Notes: generated by a model not told the origin, from the letters alone. A stretch of 64,000 nt of DNA from Thermaurantimonas sp. (GCA_046295455.1 JBKBNI010000007.1:89899-153898), one strand, 5' to 3'. Positions 10,376-20,781 are shown, counted from the stretch's first letter. A program made the numbers and translations.

Positions 10376-11565
10376 GCGTCATTGTCTATTATCAAGTGAT
10401 AGTACATCAATGCATCAATTAAATACTTCACACCCCAGTTTGGTAACCGGAATGGCTCATACCTTCCCCAAATCGGCGAGCTGCCGGTGAGCGCTCCACA
10501 CATATTAGGATCTCTATACGTACGAATTTGTTGGCTCAAAAGGTAGTTTATCAGTCTGAAATACAAGATTTTCCATTCCAATTCACAGGTGTGAATATAC
10601 AATTTGCAAAATATAATGGCCGTTTGAGCCACCCCTGTATTGCATATGCTCCCATGACCCGTCCAGTCATTAGAATACCGGCCTCTCAGCAGTCCTTCGT
10701 TTCGAAGTTTACCGGCGAGGGCATGGGCTGTTGAGAGAGCAGATTCCAGAAGGGTCTTGTCTTTGGATTGAATGGCTATATCCAGCAGCCCGTCAAGGGT
10801 ATAGGCTATGGTGTGAAGAATGGGTTTGTCGTTGTACTTTAGTGAGTTATCTGCGTTTTTATACCATCCGTTGGGCTGTAGTTGCTGCCCGGCGACCCAA
10901 TGGGCATTCTTCAATGCTGCCCTGATATATATCGGTTTTCCGGTTACCTGGCCTAATGTATACAGAGGAGCAGATACATAGGTATCATATACTCGTATAG
11001 CATTCATATACACGTACCGGTCCCAGTATCCTGCAGGGTTCTGAATTTCAACGAGCCAGTCGGCTGCATTCTGCGCTGCAGAGAGGTACTTCTGCTCTTT
11101 GAAGTGCAGAAATCCTTGGATCATGCCTCGAAGGATCTGTCCGGTGTTGAAAACGATTTCAGGTCTGCCCTCGGCCAGGTATCCACCTGCCCAACCGCCG
11201 GATGGCTTTTGAATAGACACCAGCCAATCCAGTGTGCGACGGGCTGAGTTGGAAATACGCTCCTGAGCGCTCAATGCCTTCCACATCAGAAAAGATTCTG
11301 CTATATAGCCGGATGTTTCGGGATAGGAGGATGTCCAGCCTTTCGAAAAATCGTAGGTAGCAAAGCCTGCATCTTCGCTCTGGGATTGATTGTACAGCAG
11401 CCAGTTGATGGCGAGCTCTATAGCTGTGTTTATTACATCGGTTTCCGGTGTCGATTCCTTTTTCATGTGCAAATGGCCGAAAGAAGTGCGAAGTGCCTGC
11501 ATTTTGGACCAGGAAGAAGTTGTATGTAAAAAATACAGTATGTAGTTAACTAGCGAGCGAATCAC
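10372..11565 (-). CDS. alpha/alpha-toroid protein with prenyltransferase/squalene-cyclase-type QW repeats, function unknown
   Basis: Repeats WLVSIQKPSGGW, WLVEIQNPAGYW, QLQPNGWY; conserved-looking SYPETSGY, FNTGQI, PNWGVKY. Confidence 0.7.
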   Translation of the reverse strand: MIRSLVNYILYFLHTTSSWSKMQALRTSFGHLHMKKESTPETDVINTAIELAINWLLYNQSQSEDAGFATYDFSKGWTSSYPETSGYIAESFLMWKALSAQERISNSARRTLDWLVSIQKPSGGWAGGYLAEGRPEIVFNTGQILRGMIQGFLHFKEQKYLSAAQNAADWLVEIQNPAGYWDRYVYMNAIRVYDTYVSAPLYTLGQVTGKPIYIRAALKNAHWVAGQQLQPNGWYKNADNSLKYNDKPILHTIAYTLDGLLDIAIQSKDKTLLESALSTAHALAGKLRNEGLLRGRYSNDWTGHGSICNTGVAQTAIIFCKLYIHTCELEWKILYFRLINYLLSQQIRTYRDPNMCGALTGSSPIWGRYEPFRLPNWGVKYLIDALMYYHLIIDNDA

Positions 11566-11588
11566 GTTTTTTGTTATAAAATGACGGG

Positions 11589-11596
11589 CAAAGGTA
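11589..11596 (-). promoter_or_regulatory. -7 promoter element (TACCTTTG) for the toroid-AAC(3)-SDR operon
   Basis: CAAAGGTA on + strand, 24 nt upstream of the start at 11565. Confidence 0.55.
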
Positions 11597-11619
11597 TTGA
11601 CCAGCGGTGGTCAGAAAGG

Positions 11620-14421
11620 CTACAAACCAGCTACAGCAAGCTTCTTGGAGAGGTATCGCGCTGTGTAGGAGCGTTCACACTGGACTAAATCCTCCGGTGT
11701 ACCTTCGAATAGGAGTTCTCCCCCCTCTGTACCCCCTTCAGGGCCAAGGTCGATGATCCAATCGGCGCATTTTATTACGTCGGGGTGGTGCTCTATGACT
11801 ACAAGTGTATGGCCTTTTGCAATCAGAGCATTAAATGCATCCAGAAGTTTTTTTACGTCATGGAAGTGCAAACCTGTTGTAGGCTCATCAAAAATGAAGA
11901 GTGTAGGCAGTTGTGTATTCCCCTGGGAGAGAAAGGTCGCAAGTTTCAGCCTTTGTGCTTCGCCTCCGCTGAGGGTGCTTCCGGGTTGGCCGAGTTTTAC
12001 GTATCCCAGACCTACATCCAGCAGTGGTTTCATCTGCCCGGCTATTTTATCAGATCCATTCTTCCTGAAAAAATCATAGGCATCATCGATGGTCATTTCG
12101 AGTATGTCAAATATGGATTTTCCATTTACCTTGACTTCCAGTACATCTTTTTTGTAGCGTTTGCCGTTACACTCTTCGCATACCAGGTGTACATCTGCCA
12201 TAAATTGCATATCTACCGTGATGATGCCCTCTCCCTCGCATGTTTCACATCGACCTCCTGGCACATTGAATGAAAAATGCCTAGCAGAATAGCCCCGGAG
12301 TTTTGATAACTTCTGACTGGCAAATAGTTCCCGAATGCCATCGAAGGCCTTAATATAGGTGATCGGATTGCTTCGTGAGGATTTTCCGATCGGATTTTGA
12401 TCCACAAATTCTACGTTTTGAATATACTTCCCAGGCAGATGTATTGCCTTGTGCAGACCTGGCTTGTTGCCAGGTCGATCCAGAGCTCTGAGTACAGCCG
12501 GATGCAGAATGTCATTGATCAAGCTTGATTTTCCTGAGCCGCTCACACCGGTCACAGCATTGAGGCATCCGACCGCCAGCCGAGCAGTGATGGACTTCAG
12601 GTTGTTTTGATAAGCTTCTTCTATGACGATATAGTCCAGTGGGCGACGTCGGACTTTCGGGATTTCGATTTCCAATTTTCCGGTCAGATATTTGGCGGTA
12701 AGACTGCCAGTTTCAGTGTTGAGTTCTGACGGTTCCCCTGCAAAAACAATTTCTCCTCCCAGACTTCCGGCGCCCGGACCCATGTCAATGAGGTATTCCG
12801 AAGCCAGTATTACATCTTCGTCGTGTTCGACTACTATAACCGTATTTCCGAGGCTTTTAAGCCGCTTAAGTATTGAAATGAGTCTTTCTGTATCTCGGCT
12901 GTGCAGTCCTATACTCGGCTCATCGAGAATATAGATTGAGCCCACCAGACTGCTGCCGAGTGCTGTAGTAAGCTGAATTCGCTGAGTCTCCCCTCCCGAT
13001 AGCGTATCGCTCCGGCGATTGAGGGTAAGATATCCAAGGCCAACATCGCACAGGTAACGCAGTCGGGAATTGATTTCGGTAAGCAGGCGATCGGTAATTT
13101 TCTTTTCATGGGCTTCAAACTGCCAGTTTTCCGTAAGACTCAGCAGGTCTCGGACCTGCATGTGAACCAGATCGGCGATGGTGTGCTCCTTGACCTTAAC
13201 ATAGAGGGCTTCTTTTCTCAGCCGACATCCCTTACAGTCTGGACATACCGTACGCCCTCTGTATCGCGAGAGCAGCACCCTGTATTGAATTTTATGAAGG
13301 TTGGCCTCCAGCTCGTTGAAAAAATCATGGATACCCTTAAAGTAGCGTGTGCCGTGCCAAAGCATTTCTTTCTGTTCGGCGGTGAGCATTCGGTAGGGTC
13401 TGTGAATCGGCAATCCGGAACGCTCGGCTCCACTCACCACTTGTGCCAGCCATGTGCGCATCCCTTCTGTACGCCATGGAGCCACACATCCGTCAAAAAC
13501 CGAAATATTTTGGTCCGGGATGACCAGATTTTCATCGATACCGATTACGCTTCCCCATCCCTCGCAGGTAGGGCATGCCCCGTATGGGGTGTTAAAACTA
13601 AACAGGTGAGGGCTCGGCTCCTCAAACTGAATGCCGTCTTCAGCAAATTCGTTGGAAAATTCGCAGGTGTACTCCGGATGATCGGGAAAGATGACTGTAC
13701 ATCGGCCCCGACCTTCAAAAAAAGCCGTTTGTACCGAATCGGCCAGTCGGTTAGCTTCTTCTTCATTGATACGGCCTGTCACTCCGCGGTCAACGACCAC
13801 ATGTAGTGCATCTTCTTCCGATGGTTTATAATCTGTTATTCTCACAACTTCTTCTCCATTCCACAATCTTGCAAATCCTTGCTGCCTGAGAATATTCAGA
13901 CTCTCGGCTATGCTCCGGCCGGACAATGGTCGGTGAATGAAGACCAGAAGGTAGCGAAGTTCATCATTGATTCCGATGAGATAATCAACTACATCTGATA
14001 CAGTATGTCGCTTTACAATTTTTCCGCTTACTGGTGAATAGGTTTTCCCTACACGGGCAAATAGCAATTTCAGGTAATCATAAATTTCAGTGCTGGTACC
14101 TACTGTACTCCTCGAATTTCGGCTTGAAACTTTCTGCTGGATGGCAATGGCCGGGGCAAGTCCGGATATGGAATCAACTTCCGGCTTTGTGAGCTTGCCG
14201 GTAAACTGCCTTGCGTACGAAGAGAGACTTTCTACATATCGCCTCTGCCCCTCTGCATAAAGCGTATCGAATGCCAATGACGATTTACCACTGCCTGAGA
14301 CCCCGGTTATTACCACAAACTTCGCTCTTGGTATGGAGACAGATACATTTTTAAGATTGTGCATGCGGGCGCCCTTGATGGTGATATACTCTTTTCCTTC
14401 CCGCAATTGTTTTTCAGCCAT
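11620..14421 (-). CDS. uvrA: excinuclease ABC subunit A
   Basis: GARMHNLKN, two Walker A motifs (GVSGSGKSS), LSGGE signatures, zinc fingers CPTCEG/CPDCKG/CETCEG/CEECNG. Confidence 0.97.
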   Translation of the reverse strand: MAEKQLREGKEYITIKGARMHNLKNVSVSIPRAKFVVITGVSGSGKSSLAFDTLYAEGQRRYVESLSSYARQFTGKLTKPEVDSISGLAPAIAIQQKVSSRNSRSTVGTSTEIYDYLKLLFARVGKTYSPVSGKIVKRHTVSDVVDYLIGINDELRYLLVFIHRPLSGRSIAESLNILRQQGFARLWNGEEVVRITDYKPSEEDALHVVVDRGVTGRINEEEANRLADSVQTAFFEGRGRCTVIFPDHPEYTCEFSNEFAEDGIQFEEPSPHLFSFNTPYGACPTCEGWGSVIGIDENLVIPDQNISVFDGCVAPWRTEGMRTWLAQVVSGAERSGLPIHRPYRMLTAEQKEMLWHGTRYFKGIHDFFNELEANLHKIQYRVLLSRYRGRTVCPDCKGCRLRKEALYVKVKEHTIADLVHMQVRDLLSLTENWQFEAHEKKITDRLLTEINSRLRYLCDVGLGYLTLNRRSDTLSGGETQRIQLTTALGSSLVGSIYILDEPSIGLHSRDTERLISILKRLKSLGNTVIVVEHDEDVILASEYLIDMGPGAGSLGGEIVFAGEPSELNTETGSLTAKYLTGKLEIEIPKVRRRPLDYIVIEEAYQNNLKSITARLAVGCLNAVTGVSGSGKSSLINDILHPAVLRALDRPGNKPGLHKAIHLPGKYIQNVEFVDQNPIGKSSRSNPITYIKAFDGIRELFASQKLSKLRGYSARHFSFNVPGGRCETCEGEGIITVDMQFMADVHLVCEECNGKRYKKDVLEVKVNGKSIFDILEMTIDDAYDFFRKNGSDKIAGQMKPLLDVGLGYVKLGQPGSTLSGGEAQRLKLATFLSQGNTQLPTLFIFDEPTTGLHFHDVKKLLDAFNALIAKGHTLVVIEHHPDVIKCADWIIDLGPEGGTEGGELLFEGTPEDLVQCERSYTARYLSKKLAVAGL

Positions 14422-14447
14422 TCTCTCCAGTAGATAAAAAATGAGAA

Positions 14448-14500
14448 CAAAATTATAAAACCCAACTTTGTTGAATTGTTTAATTAATCTTTTATCTTTG
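14448..14500. promoter_or_regulatory. divergent promoter pair for uvrA and the sigma factor gene
   Basis: TAATTTTG on minus strand (14448-14455) and TATCTTTG on plus strand (14493-14500), the latter with TTTG/TTG about 20 nt upstream. Confidence 0.55.
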
Positions 14501-14587
14501 TACTCATTTAATAAACCTGCGTCAGCCTATAGAATACCGCTACTTCTTTATTATACAATGTGGTTCTAACATTTACAAGAAGTAGTT

Positions 14588-15187
14588 ATGGCTTACCAGG
14601 ATTTGACTGACCATCAGTTGATAGAAAAATACATCGCCGGTGATGAAAGTGCTTTTGCATCTCTGCTGGCGCGTCATGAGAAGAAGGTGTATCAATACAT
14701 TCTCTCCAAAGTCAAAGATGAAAGTCTGGCAGACGACCTGTTTCAGGATGTATTTATAAAAGTGATCAACACACTTAAACTCGGCCGATACACCGAAGAG
14801 GGAAAATTCATTCACTGGGTACTCCGTATATCCCATAACTATGTGATTGACTACTTCAGAAAGTCCAATCGGGTGACCTTTGTCAGCCAGACCCATGATC
14901 AAAAATCTATTTTTTCGCGCATCAAAGCCAGTGTACCAAGTTGGGAATCCCAGGTGATCTCTGAGCAGACGGAGATTGATTTAAAAAAACTGATCTCGAT
15001 GCTTCCCGAAGAGCAGAGACATGTGCTTGAAATGCGGATCTACGAAGATCTGAGCTTTAGAGAGATCGCTGAGGTCACGTCTGTAAGTATCAACACTGCA
15101 TTGGGCAGAATGAGGTATGCACTGATCAATCTCCGAAAATTGATTGAAAAATATAAGGTCAATATTGAATTGCCGGTTGTAGACTGA
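14588..15187 (+). CDS. ECF-type sigma-70 family RNA polymerase sigma factor
   Basis: ADDLFQDVFIKV region 2, WVLRISHNYVIDYFRK, region 4 LSFREIAEVTSVSINTALGRMRYA. Confidence 0.93.
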   Translation: MAYQDLTDHQLIEKYIAGDESAFASLLARHEKKVYQYILSKVKDESLADDLFQDVFIKVINTLKLGRYTEEGKFIHWVLRISHNYVIDYFRKSNRVTFVSQTHDQKSIFSRIKASVPSWESQVISEQTEIDLKKLISMLPEEQRHVLEMRIYEDLSFREIAEVTSVSINTALGRMRYALINLRKLIEKYKVNIELPVVD

Positions 15188-15192
15188 TCGGA

Positions 15193-15780
15193 TTAAAAGC
15201 GAATTGCCATACCATTGTGCAGAGGCACTACACTCATTTGGCTTAACTGATTTTTTAGTAAAGTATTTCGCCTGTTTTTATACATCGAAAATTGATAAAT
15301 GTCAAAAATGGCAAGAAATGCACCTTGTAAAATTAAAGAAGACCCGAAGCCCCGAAGTCTGTCGGGATTTCCGGAGTTTTCAGAATTTGCAAGTGATCTC
15401 ATGGCAATACCCGCCGTGATGTAGGCAAAGTCAAGGCCGGTATTGAGCATTAGTGAGTTTTCGATTCCTATCAACCTTTGCGTGAGGTCATACAAATCCG
15501 GATCTTTAAGTGGTCTTGTGAGTAAATAACCTGCAGCTGCTATGCCCAGGTTTACAGCGTTCCACCCTACATTCATTTGGTGAAAGTATTTGGTGCTACC
15601 TGTCGAGGTAAGATTTCCATAGATGCCTGTTCCAATATTGGCCAATGCCCATCCGCCGAGTATGAGCATGTTGTTTTTTGAAGTGCGTACTCTCCATACA
15701 TCCGTATCTGCTATTGAATACTGGGATTTAGCAAGCATCGGTATGATCACAAGCACCATCAGAGAAATCCTGATTTTCAT
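15193..15780 (-). CDS. hypothetical exported/membrane protein (DUF6992-like)
   Basis: Signal peptide; LGGWALAN, YFHQMNVGWNAVN, NTGLDFAYI, GFGSSLILQGAFL. Confidence 0.65.
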   Translation of the reverse strand: MKIRISLMVLVIIPMLAKSQYSIADTDVWRVRTSKNNMLILGGWALANIGTGIYGNLTSTGSTKYFHQMNVGWNAVNLGIAAAGYLLTRPLKDPDLYDLTQRLIGIENSLMLNTGLDFAYITAGIAMRSLANSENSGNPDRLRGFGSSLILQGAFLAIFDIYQFSMYKNRRNTLLKNQLSQMSVVPLHNGMAIRF

Positions 15781-15783
15781 GTT

Positions 15784-16263
15784 TTAATTGAGGTTTAATG
15801 ATTCTTCATAGTCAACATCTGATTCAGGATTAGGTTTAGAAATACTCTCGACGGCCAGTTGATCGCATCGCTCGTTGTAGGGATGATTGTTGTGCCCTTT
15901 AACCCAGTGAAAAGTAGGCCTCAGTCGCTGATAGAGTGCATCAAATTCCAGCCACAGGTCTTTGTTTTTTACCTTTTTCCAGCCCTTTTTTTTCCACCCG
16001 GCAAGCCAATTTTGATTAATGGCGTTTATGACGTAGGTCGAATCTGAATATATTTCGATGGGGTAGTCTTCTGATTTGATTGCCTTGAGCGCATCGATCA
16101 CTGCCAGCAGTTCCATCCTGTTGTTGGTCGTGAGCCTGAAGTGTCTTGTAAGGGTAAGCTCTTTTCCTTTATATGTGAGAATGGCGGCATAGGCTCCCGG
16201 CCCTGGGTTGCCGGAGCACGCGCCATCTGTGTATATCCGTATGACTGAATTCTGGTCAGTCAT
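15784..16263 (-). CDS. rnhA: ribonuclease HI
   Basis: IYTDGACSGNPGPG, TTNNRMEL, YSDSTY, WVKGH, NERCDQLA. Confidence 0.97.
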   Translation of the reverse strand: MTDQNSVIRIYTDGACSGNPGPGAYAAILTYKGKELTLTRHFRLTTNNRMELLAVIDALKAIKSEDYPIEIYSDSTYVINAINQNWLAGWKKKGWKKVKNKDLWLEFDALYQRLRPTFHWVKGHNNHPYNERCDQLAVESISKPNPESDVDYEESLNLN

Positions 16264-16828
16264 CCATGTCCTGTAAGAGCGATTCTATGACGCCAGGATA
16301 ATGCGCATGCTCGAGTTGTTGAACTTTATATGCTACTTCCTCAGGGGTGTCTTCGGGATCTATATCCACAGTAGCCTGGAAGATGATTTCACCCTCATCA
16401 TAATCTTCGGTGAGGTAGTGTATAGTGATGCCGGTCTCTTCTTCTTCATTTTCGACTACCGCTTCATGTACCTTCATTCCATACATGCCTTCTCCTCCGT
16501 AGTCCGGCAGCAGAGCCGGATGAATGTTTACGATCCGACGTTCGTAAAACTGTAGTATGTTTGAAGGAATCTTTTTTAAAAATCCGGCCAAAGCGATGAA
16601 ATCAACTTTCGCGGCCCGAAGACGAGATAGTACTGTGCCGTTCTCCAATTCCTCCTGATCAAAGATCAACACAGGAATACCTAGTTTTTTCATACGGTCA
16701 ATTACCCCGGCTTTTTTATTGTTTGTGCATACAAGGGTTACTCTACCAATGTCACTGTCCATAAAATGACGTGCAATCTTTTCGGCATTGCTTCCACTTC
16801 CCGAAGCAAATACAGCGATACGCTTCAT
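16256..16828 (-). CDS. purN: phosphoribosylglycinamide formyltransferase
   Basis: AVFASGSGSN, LAGFL, NIHPALLP, GITIH, YDEG; TACTTTTG promoter box at 16849-16856 (minus). Confidence 0.96.
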   Translation of the reverse strand: MKRIAVFASGSGSNAEKIARHFMDSDIGRVTLVCTNNKKAGVIDRMKKLGIPVLIFDQEELENGTVLSRLRAAKVDFIALAGFLKKIPSNILQFYERRIVNIHPALLPDYGGEGMYGMKVHEAVVENEEEETGITIHYLTEDYDEGEIIFQATVDIDPEDTPEEVAYKVQQLEHAHYPGVIESLLQDMDD

Positions 16829-16862
16829 TCAAGATATTATAATTTGGACAAAAGTAGTATTT

Positions 16863-19800
16863 TCAGGATTTGTGCAATTCACCACTCACCAGTTTTTTTA
16901 GCAATGTGAGCAAATGATTCATATCCATTGGTTTCTTGATAAAGGCATTGAAACCAATGGAATTACATTTTTCAAGAGTCTCCGGAAGTACATCAGCCGT
17001 GACCGCTGCCATAGGCACGGAGTGCTCAGTCGGAAAGCCAGAACTTGCCCGAATGAGTTCCGCAGCCTTAAATCCGTCCATCTCAGGCATATGTAGATCC
17101 ATTAAAATCAGGTCGTAGTGCTTTTCAGCGACTTTTTGCAATACTTCAACTCCATTGTTAGCCACTTCAAGTGCAAATCCGAATCGGTTGAGAATGGTAA
17201 TCATCAGTCTTTGATTCACGGGATTATCTTCCGCTATGAGAATATTAAAATTTTTATGCGATTCCGAATAGAAGATTTCATTGTTTTTAGAAGGTCCAGT
17301 CTGAATATTTGGAGTAGTTTCTGTATATTTTATTTTATGAATTCTGACCGGAATATTTACATAAAAAATGGTACCGACATCTTTGGTCGATTCAAAATGT
17401 ATAGTTCCCTTGAGTAGCTGTACAAAGCTTCTGGTAATGGACAGACCAAGTCCTGTACCTCCGAATTCCCGGCTTATGTTTGAATTTTCCTGTTCGAAGG
17501 AGTTGAAGATTCTTTCTTTAAACTGATCAGAGATACCTATTCCGGTGTCGTGAATTTCGATAATCAGTGTGTCGTCATTGGATATGGATACCTTCATTCT
17601 GACTCCACCGAATTTTGTAAATTTAATAGCATTGGATAAGAGATTATTTAGTATCTGGTGGACAAGGGTTTGATCTGTTTCTACCAAAATGTCTTTTTCA
17701 AAATCTTTTTCAATTTTAAAATAAATGTTTTTTTCCTTTGCTTTTAATTTAAAAATGGATTCGATTGAACTAATGAAATCATTTAATTCAAAAACAATAA
17801 AATTGACAGGAAATTTACCTTGTTGCAGTTTTGAAAAATCAAGTATATCATTGATTAGATTGAGTAGATTTTTTGCCGAAAATAAAATCGTCTGAGTGAA
17901 TTCTAATGTTTTTTCATCCAAAGGCTCCTGCATCATCAGCTCACTAAACCCAATGATTGCATTGAGTGGTGTGCGTATCTCGTGGCTCATATTGCTCAAA
18001 AACTTAGATTTTGCCTCCGAAGCCTTTTGTACTTCATGATTTAGTTCAATGAGTTTTGACTGAATGTTTTTAATTTGGGTAATATCCACACCTATGCCGA
18101 GTATACAACGTTCGCCATCCAGATAAAAAGGTATTTTGTGCGTGAGATACCAATAGGTTGCGCCATTATTATCCGTATATGTTTCTTCAAAAATGTGTAA
18201 CTCATTTGAGTCTAATACCTTTTTGTCATTAAGCCTCCAAATCAACAATTCTTCTTGATTAGCACCTAAGTTTTCCGGTTTTTTATCAATGATATCCGAT
18301 GGATCGTCATATCCAAATAAACGCGCAGTTGCTTTGTTGGCCATACAAATGGTACCATCGGATTTTTTGATGTAGATGAGGGTAGGGCTAATGTCTAAAA
18401 TTTTTTTATTCAGTTCGGTTTGCTTGCGTAGTTCTATTTGGGAATGAATCTTTTCTGTAACATCAAGTGAATATCCAAGTATCAGGTGTTCGTCATTATC
18501 AATCTTAATGATTCTTTTGCCACCGTATATATATTCTATCCCCCATGGAGTATCCAATTTATCTTCAAAAAGATATTCACCTTTTTCGAAGACGATTTTA
18601 TCTGTTTTTCTGTATTCTTCAGCAAGCCTTTTTGGGTAAATTTCATAATCTGTTTTTCCAACAAAATCGGATTCAGTAATTCCGATATACTTAAGTGTTT
18701 TAGCATTGGCAAATATGTATGTTCCTTGGATGCTTTTGAGAAAGACGCTCACCGGTAAGTTGTTTAGAATTTCCTTATACAGCTTTTTCTGCTTTTCTAA
18801 TTCTAATTCTGCCTTTTTTTGAGATGTAATATCTGTCCCATATCCTAGCAAAAACTCCAAGGTGTCTTCTCCATTATAAAATGGTTTAATTCTTCTTAGG
18901 TAATATTTCTTTTCTCCGTTTTCGATGAATTCTTCCGTCCACTCAATTTGTTGTTTGGATTCAATGGCAGTCAATTTTCGATTTTCCCTTATTTTTAGAA
19001 CTTCTTTAGATAAGTTTCGAAGTTCGAAGTATTCTTCATCTGTTTTACCAATTATCCATTTTCGTCTTTGCTCATCTTTTACTGCATACTTATTAACGAA
19101 TGTGTACCTTAAATCCTTATCAAAAACAACTACATCCGAAGGTATAACGTTCATAATACTTTCATAGAATTCTTTTTGCTTTTCTAGTTCTCTGTTTTTT
19201 TCTGCAATCAATGAAATATCTAATATATATATCCGTATAATCTCTCCTAAGGGATTTTTTTTACCATAAAATTTATAGATTTTGTTTTGGTATTTCAATT
19301 CTGTTTCAGTGCTCACATCATCAAAGACATTGATGGCAAAATCCATCCACGCATGAGGAATATACTGACCTTTATTTATTCCAAATTCCTGAATAAAAAC
19401 ATGGTTAGCATACAAGATAATTCCATTATAATTGATTTCAAATATTGGTATCGGACTCTCTTCTGCTATGGCAGCCAGTCTGTTGGTATTTATCAGCAGG
19501 TTTTTGTATTCAGTCTGGTCTGAGATGATAATGATGATAGATTGAATAGTATTTTGGACTTCTACCGGTAAGTAATGAAGCCTGATCCAGAAATCATTAC
19601 CATTTTTTAAGACAACTTTTTTTTCTGTTATGGTCTGTTGCCCATTAAAAGCTAAATCAATAGCTTTCTTCACACGATCTATATCTTCATCAAACGTAAA
19701 TTCAAAGATGCTTTCCCCCTCTTCAATATTTTTGTCAAAAAGGGCCTTTACAATAGCTGTAAATCGATTGTTAAATGATATAATATTGTAGTCTCTGTCA

Positions 19801-20384
19801 ATTTGAATAATTAATTGTGGAATTGATTCCATAATTGTATAAACATTCGCTTTATTCTCAACAAGCGCTTTTTCTCTCCTATAATTTTTATATGAAATAA
19901 TGCCCAATAAATAACTTAATAACAAGAAGGATAAAATAAAATTTAAAAGATAAAATATTTTATTTTCAAGTGTAAATACTACATTGGTTTTAAACGAAAA
20001 AAATATAATAATTAGAATGAATGAAATAAATATAATGAATGATATGATACGTCGAAATACTCTTTCATTATTTAAAATTAAAACAAATGTGTACCCTATC
20101 AATGGATAAATATATAAACTCACACCATTTAAATCTTGTTTGTTTGATACCGATGCAACAATAATTCCTGCAATTGATGTAAAAAAGATTATTCGTGCGA
20201 TGTTATACTGATTGTAGTAAGTAAGTCCAAATGAAACCAGCATCATTAAGACTAAAAATGCAGCAAAATAGGCTACGTCATGTATGCCAAGAATGTATAT
20301 AACCGGTGTATATAGGGCTATGGAAACAGCTGCAAAGAATGTATATGAGCGAAGCAGTTTTTTTGTGAATGGAATTTCGTGCAT
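16863..20384 (-). CDS. membrane-bound multi-PAS hybrid sensor histidine kinase/receiver
   Basis: N-terminal TM helices, several PAS/PAC repeats, MSHEIRTPLN H-box, NLLSNAIKFT, DTGIG, GGTGLGL, receiver AEDN..DLILMD. Confidence 0.92.
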   Translation of the reverse strand: MHEIPFTKKLLRSYTFFAAVSIALYTPVIYILGIHDVAYFAAFLVLMMLVSFGLTYYNQYNIARIIFFTSIAGIIVASVSNKQDLNGVSLYIYPLIGYTFVLILNNERVFRRIISFIIFISFILIIIFFSFKTNVVFTLENKIFYLLNFILSFLLLSYLLGIISYKNYRREKALVENKANVYTIMESIPQLIIQIDRDYNIISFNNRFTAIVKALFDKNIEEGESIFEFTFDEDIDRVKKAIDLAFNGQQTITEKKVVLKNGNDFWIRLHYLPVEVQNTIQSIIIIISDQTEYKNLLINTNRLAAIAEESPIPIFEINYNGIILYANHVFIQEFGINKGQYIPHAWMDFAINVFDDVSTETELKYQNKIYKFYGKKNPLGEIIRIYILDISLIAEKNRELEKQKEFYESIMNVIPSDVVVFDKDLRYTFVNKYAVKDEQRRKWIIGKTDEEYFELRNLSKEVLKIRENRKLTAIESKQQIEWTEEFIENGEKKYYLRRIKPFYNGEDTLEFLLGYGTDITSQKKAELELEKQKKLYKEILNNLPVSVFLKSIQGTYIFANAKTLKYIGITESDFVGKTDYEIYPKRLAEEYRKTDKIVFEKGEYLFEDKLDTPWGIEYIYGGKRIIKIDNDEHLILGYSLDVTEKIHSQIELRKQTELNKKILDISPTLIYIKKSDGTICMANKATARLFGYDDPSDIIDKKPENLGANQEELLIWRLNDKKVLDSNELHIFEETYTDNNGATYWYLTHKIPFYLDGERCILGIGVDITQIKNIQSKLIELNHEVQKASEAKSKFLSNMSHEIRTPLNAIIGFSELMMQEPLDEKTLEFTQTILFSAKNLLNLINDILDFSKLQQGKFPVNFIVFELNDFISSIESIFKLKAKEKNIYFKIEKDFEKDILVETDQTLVHQILNNLLSNAIKFTKFGGVRMKVSISNDDTLIIEIHDTGIGISDQFKERIFNSFEQENSNISREFGGTGLGLSITRSFVQLLKGTIHFESTKDVGTIFYVNIPVRIHKIKYTETTPNIQTGPSKNNEIFYSESHKNFNILIAEDNPVNQRLMITILNRFGFALEVANNGVEVLQKVAEKHYDLILMDLHMPEMDGFKAAELIRASSGFPTEHSVPMAAVTADVLPETLEKCNSIGFNAFIKKPMDMNHLLTLLKKLVSGELHKS

Positions 20385-20417
20385 GTATTAAAAATTCCTT
20401 TTTTAATCAAAAAAAAA

Positions 20418-20738
20418 TTATTTTGGATTAATAGATTCCTTTCCTTTAATAATATCAAAAAACATTATAAAGTCAGATGCCAAACTGTAACCGGGATATT
20501 TAAAGGTTGCAGGTTTGTTTTTTTCGAAAAAATAGTGTCCAATCCATGCAAATCCATATCCAAGTAAAGGTATGATCGCAAAGTATACCCAATTTAAAGT
20601 AATTAAAAATGTAAAAAAGCTGATGATCACAAGGAAAGTCCCGATGAAGTGCAGTAATCTGCATACAGGATGTTGATGTTCAGATAGGTAGTAAGGATAA
20701 AATTCACGTAGGGAAGTATAATTTTTTTCTGCTTTCAT
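20418..20738 (-). CDS. DUF962 (Mpo1-like) small membrane protein
   Basis: FYPYYLSEH...CRLLHFIG, GYGFAWIGHYFFEKNKPATFKYP; start 20738 or 20750. Confidence 0.88.
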   Translation of the reverse strand: MKAEKNYTSLREFYPYYLSEHQHPVCRLLHFIGTFLVIISFFTFLITLNWVYFAIIPLLGYGFAWIGHYFFEKNKPATFKYPGYSLASDFIMFFDIIKGKESINPK

Positions 20739-20781
20739 GGCTTTTTTCATCTTTGTACAAATTTATAAAATTAATTAGGAT

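Noticed and set aside
13108-13806. 232-aa plus-strand ORF, and similar antisense ORFs such as 23090-23743, 2445-3047 and 36806-37357
   Set aside because: They lie antisense to well-supported genes and have no recognisable motifs; treated as shadow ORFs
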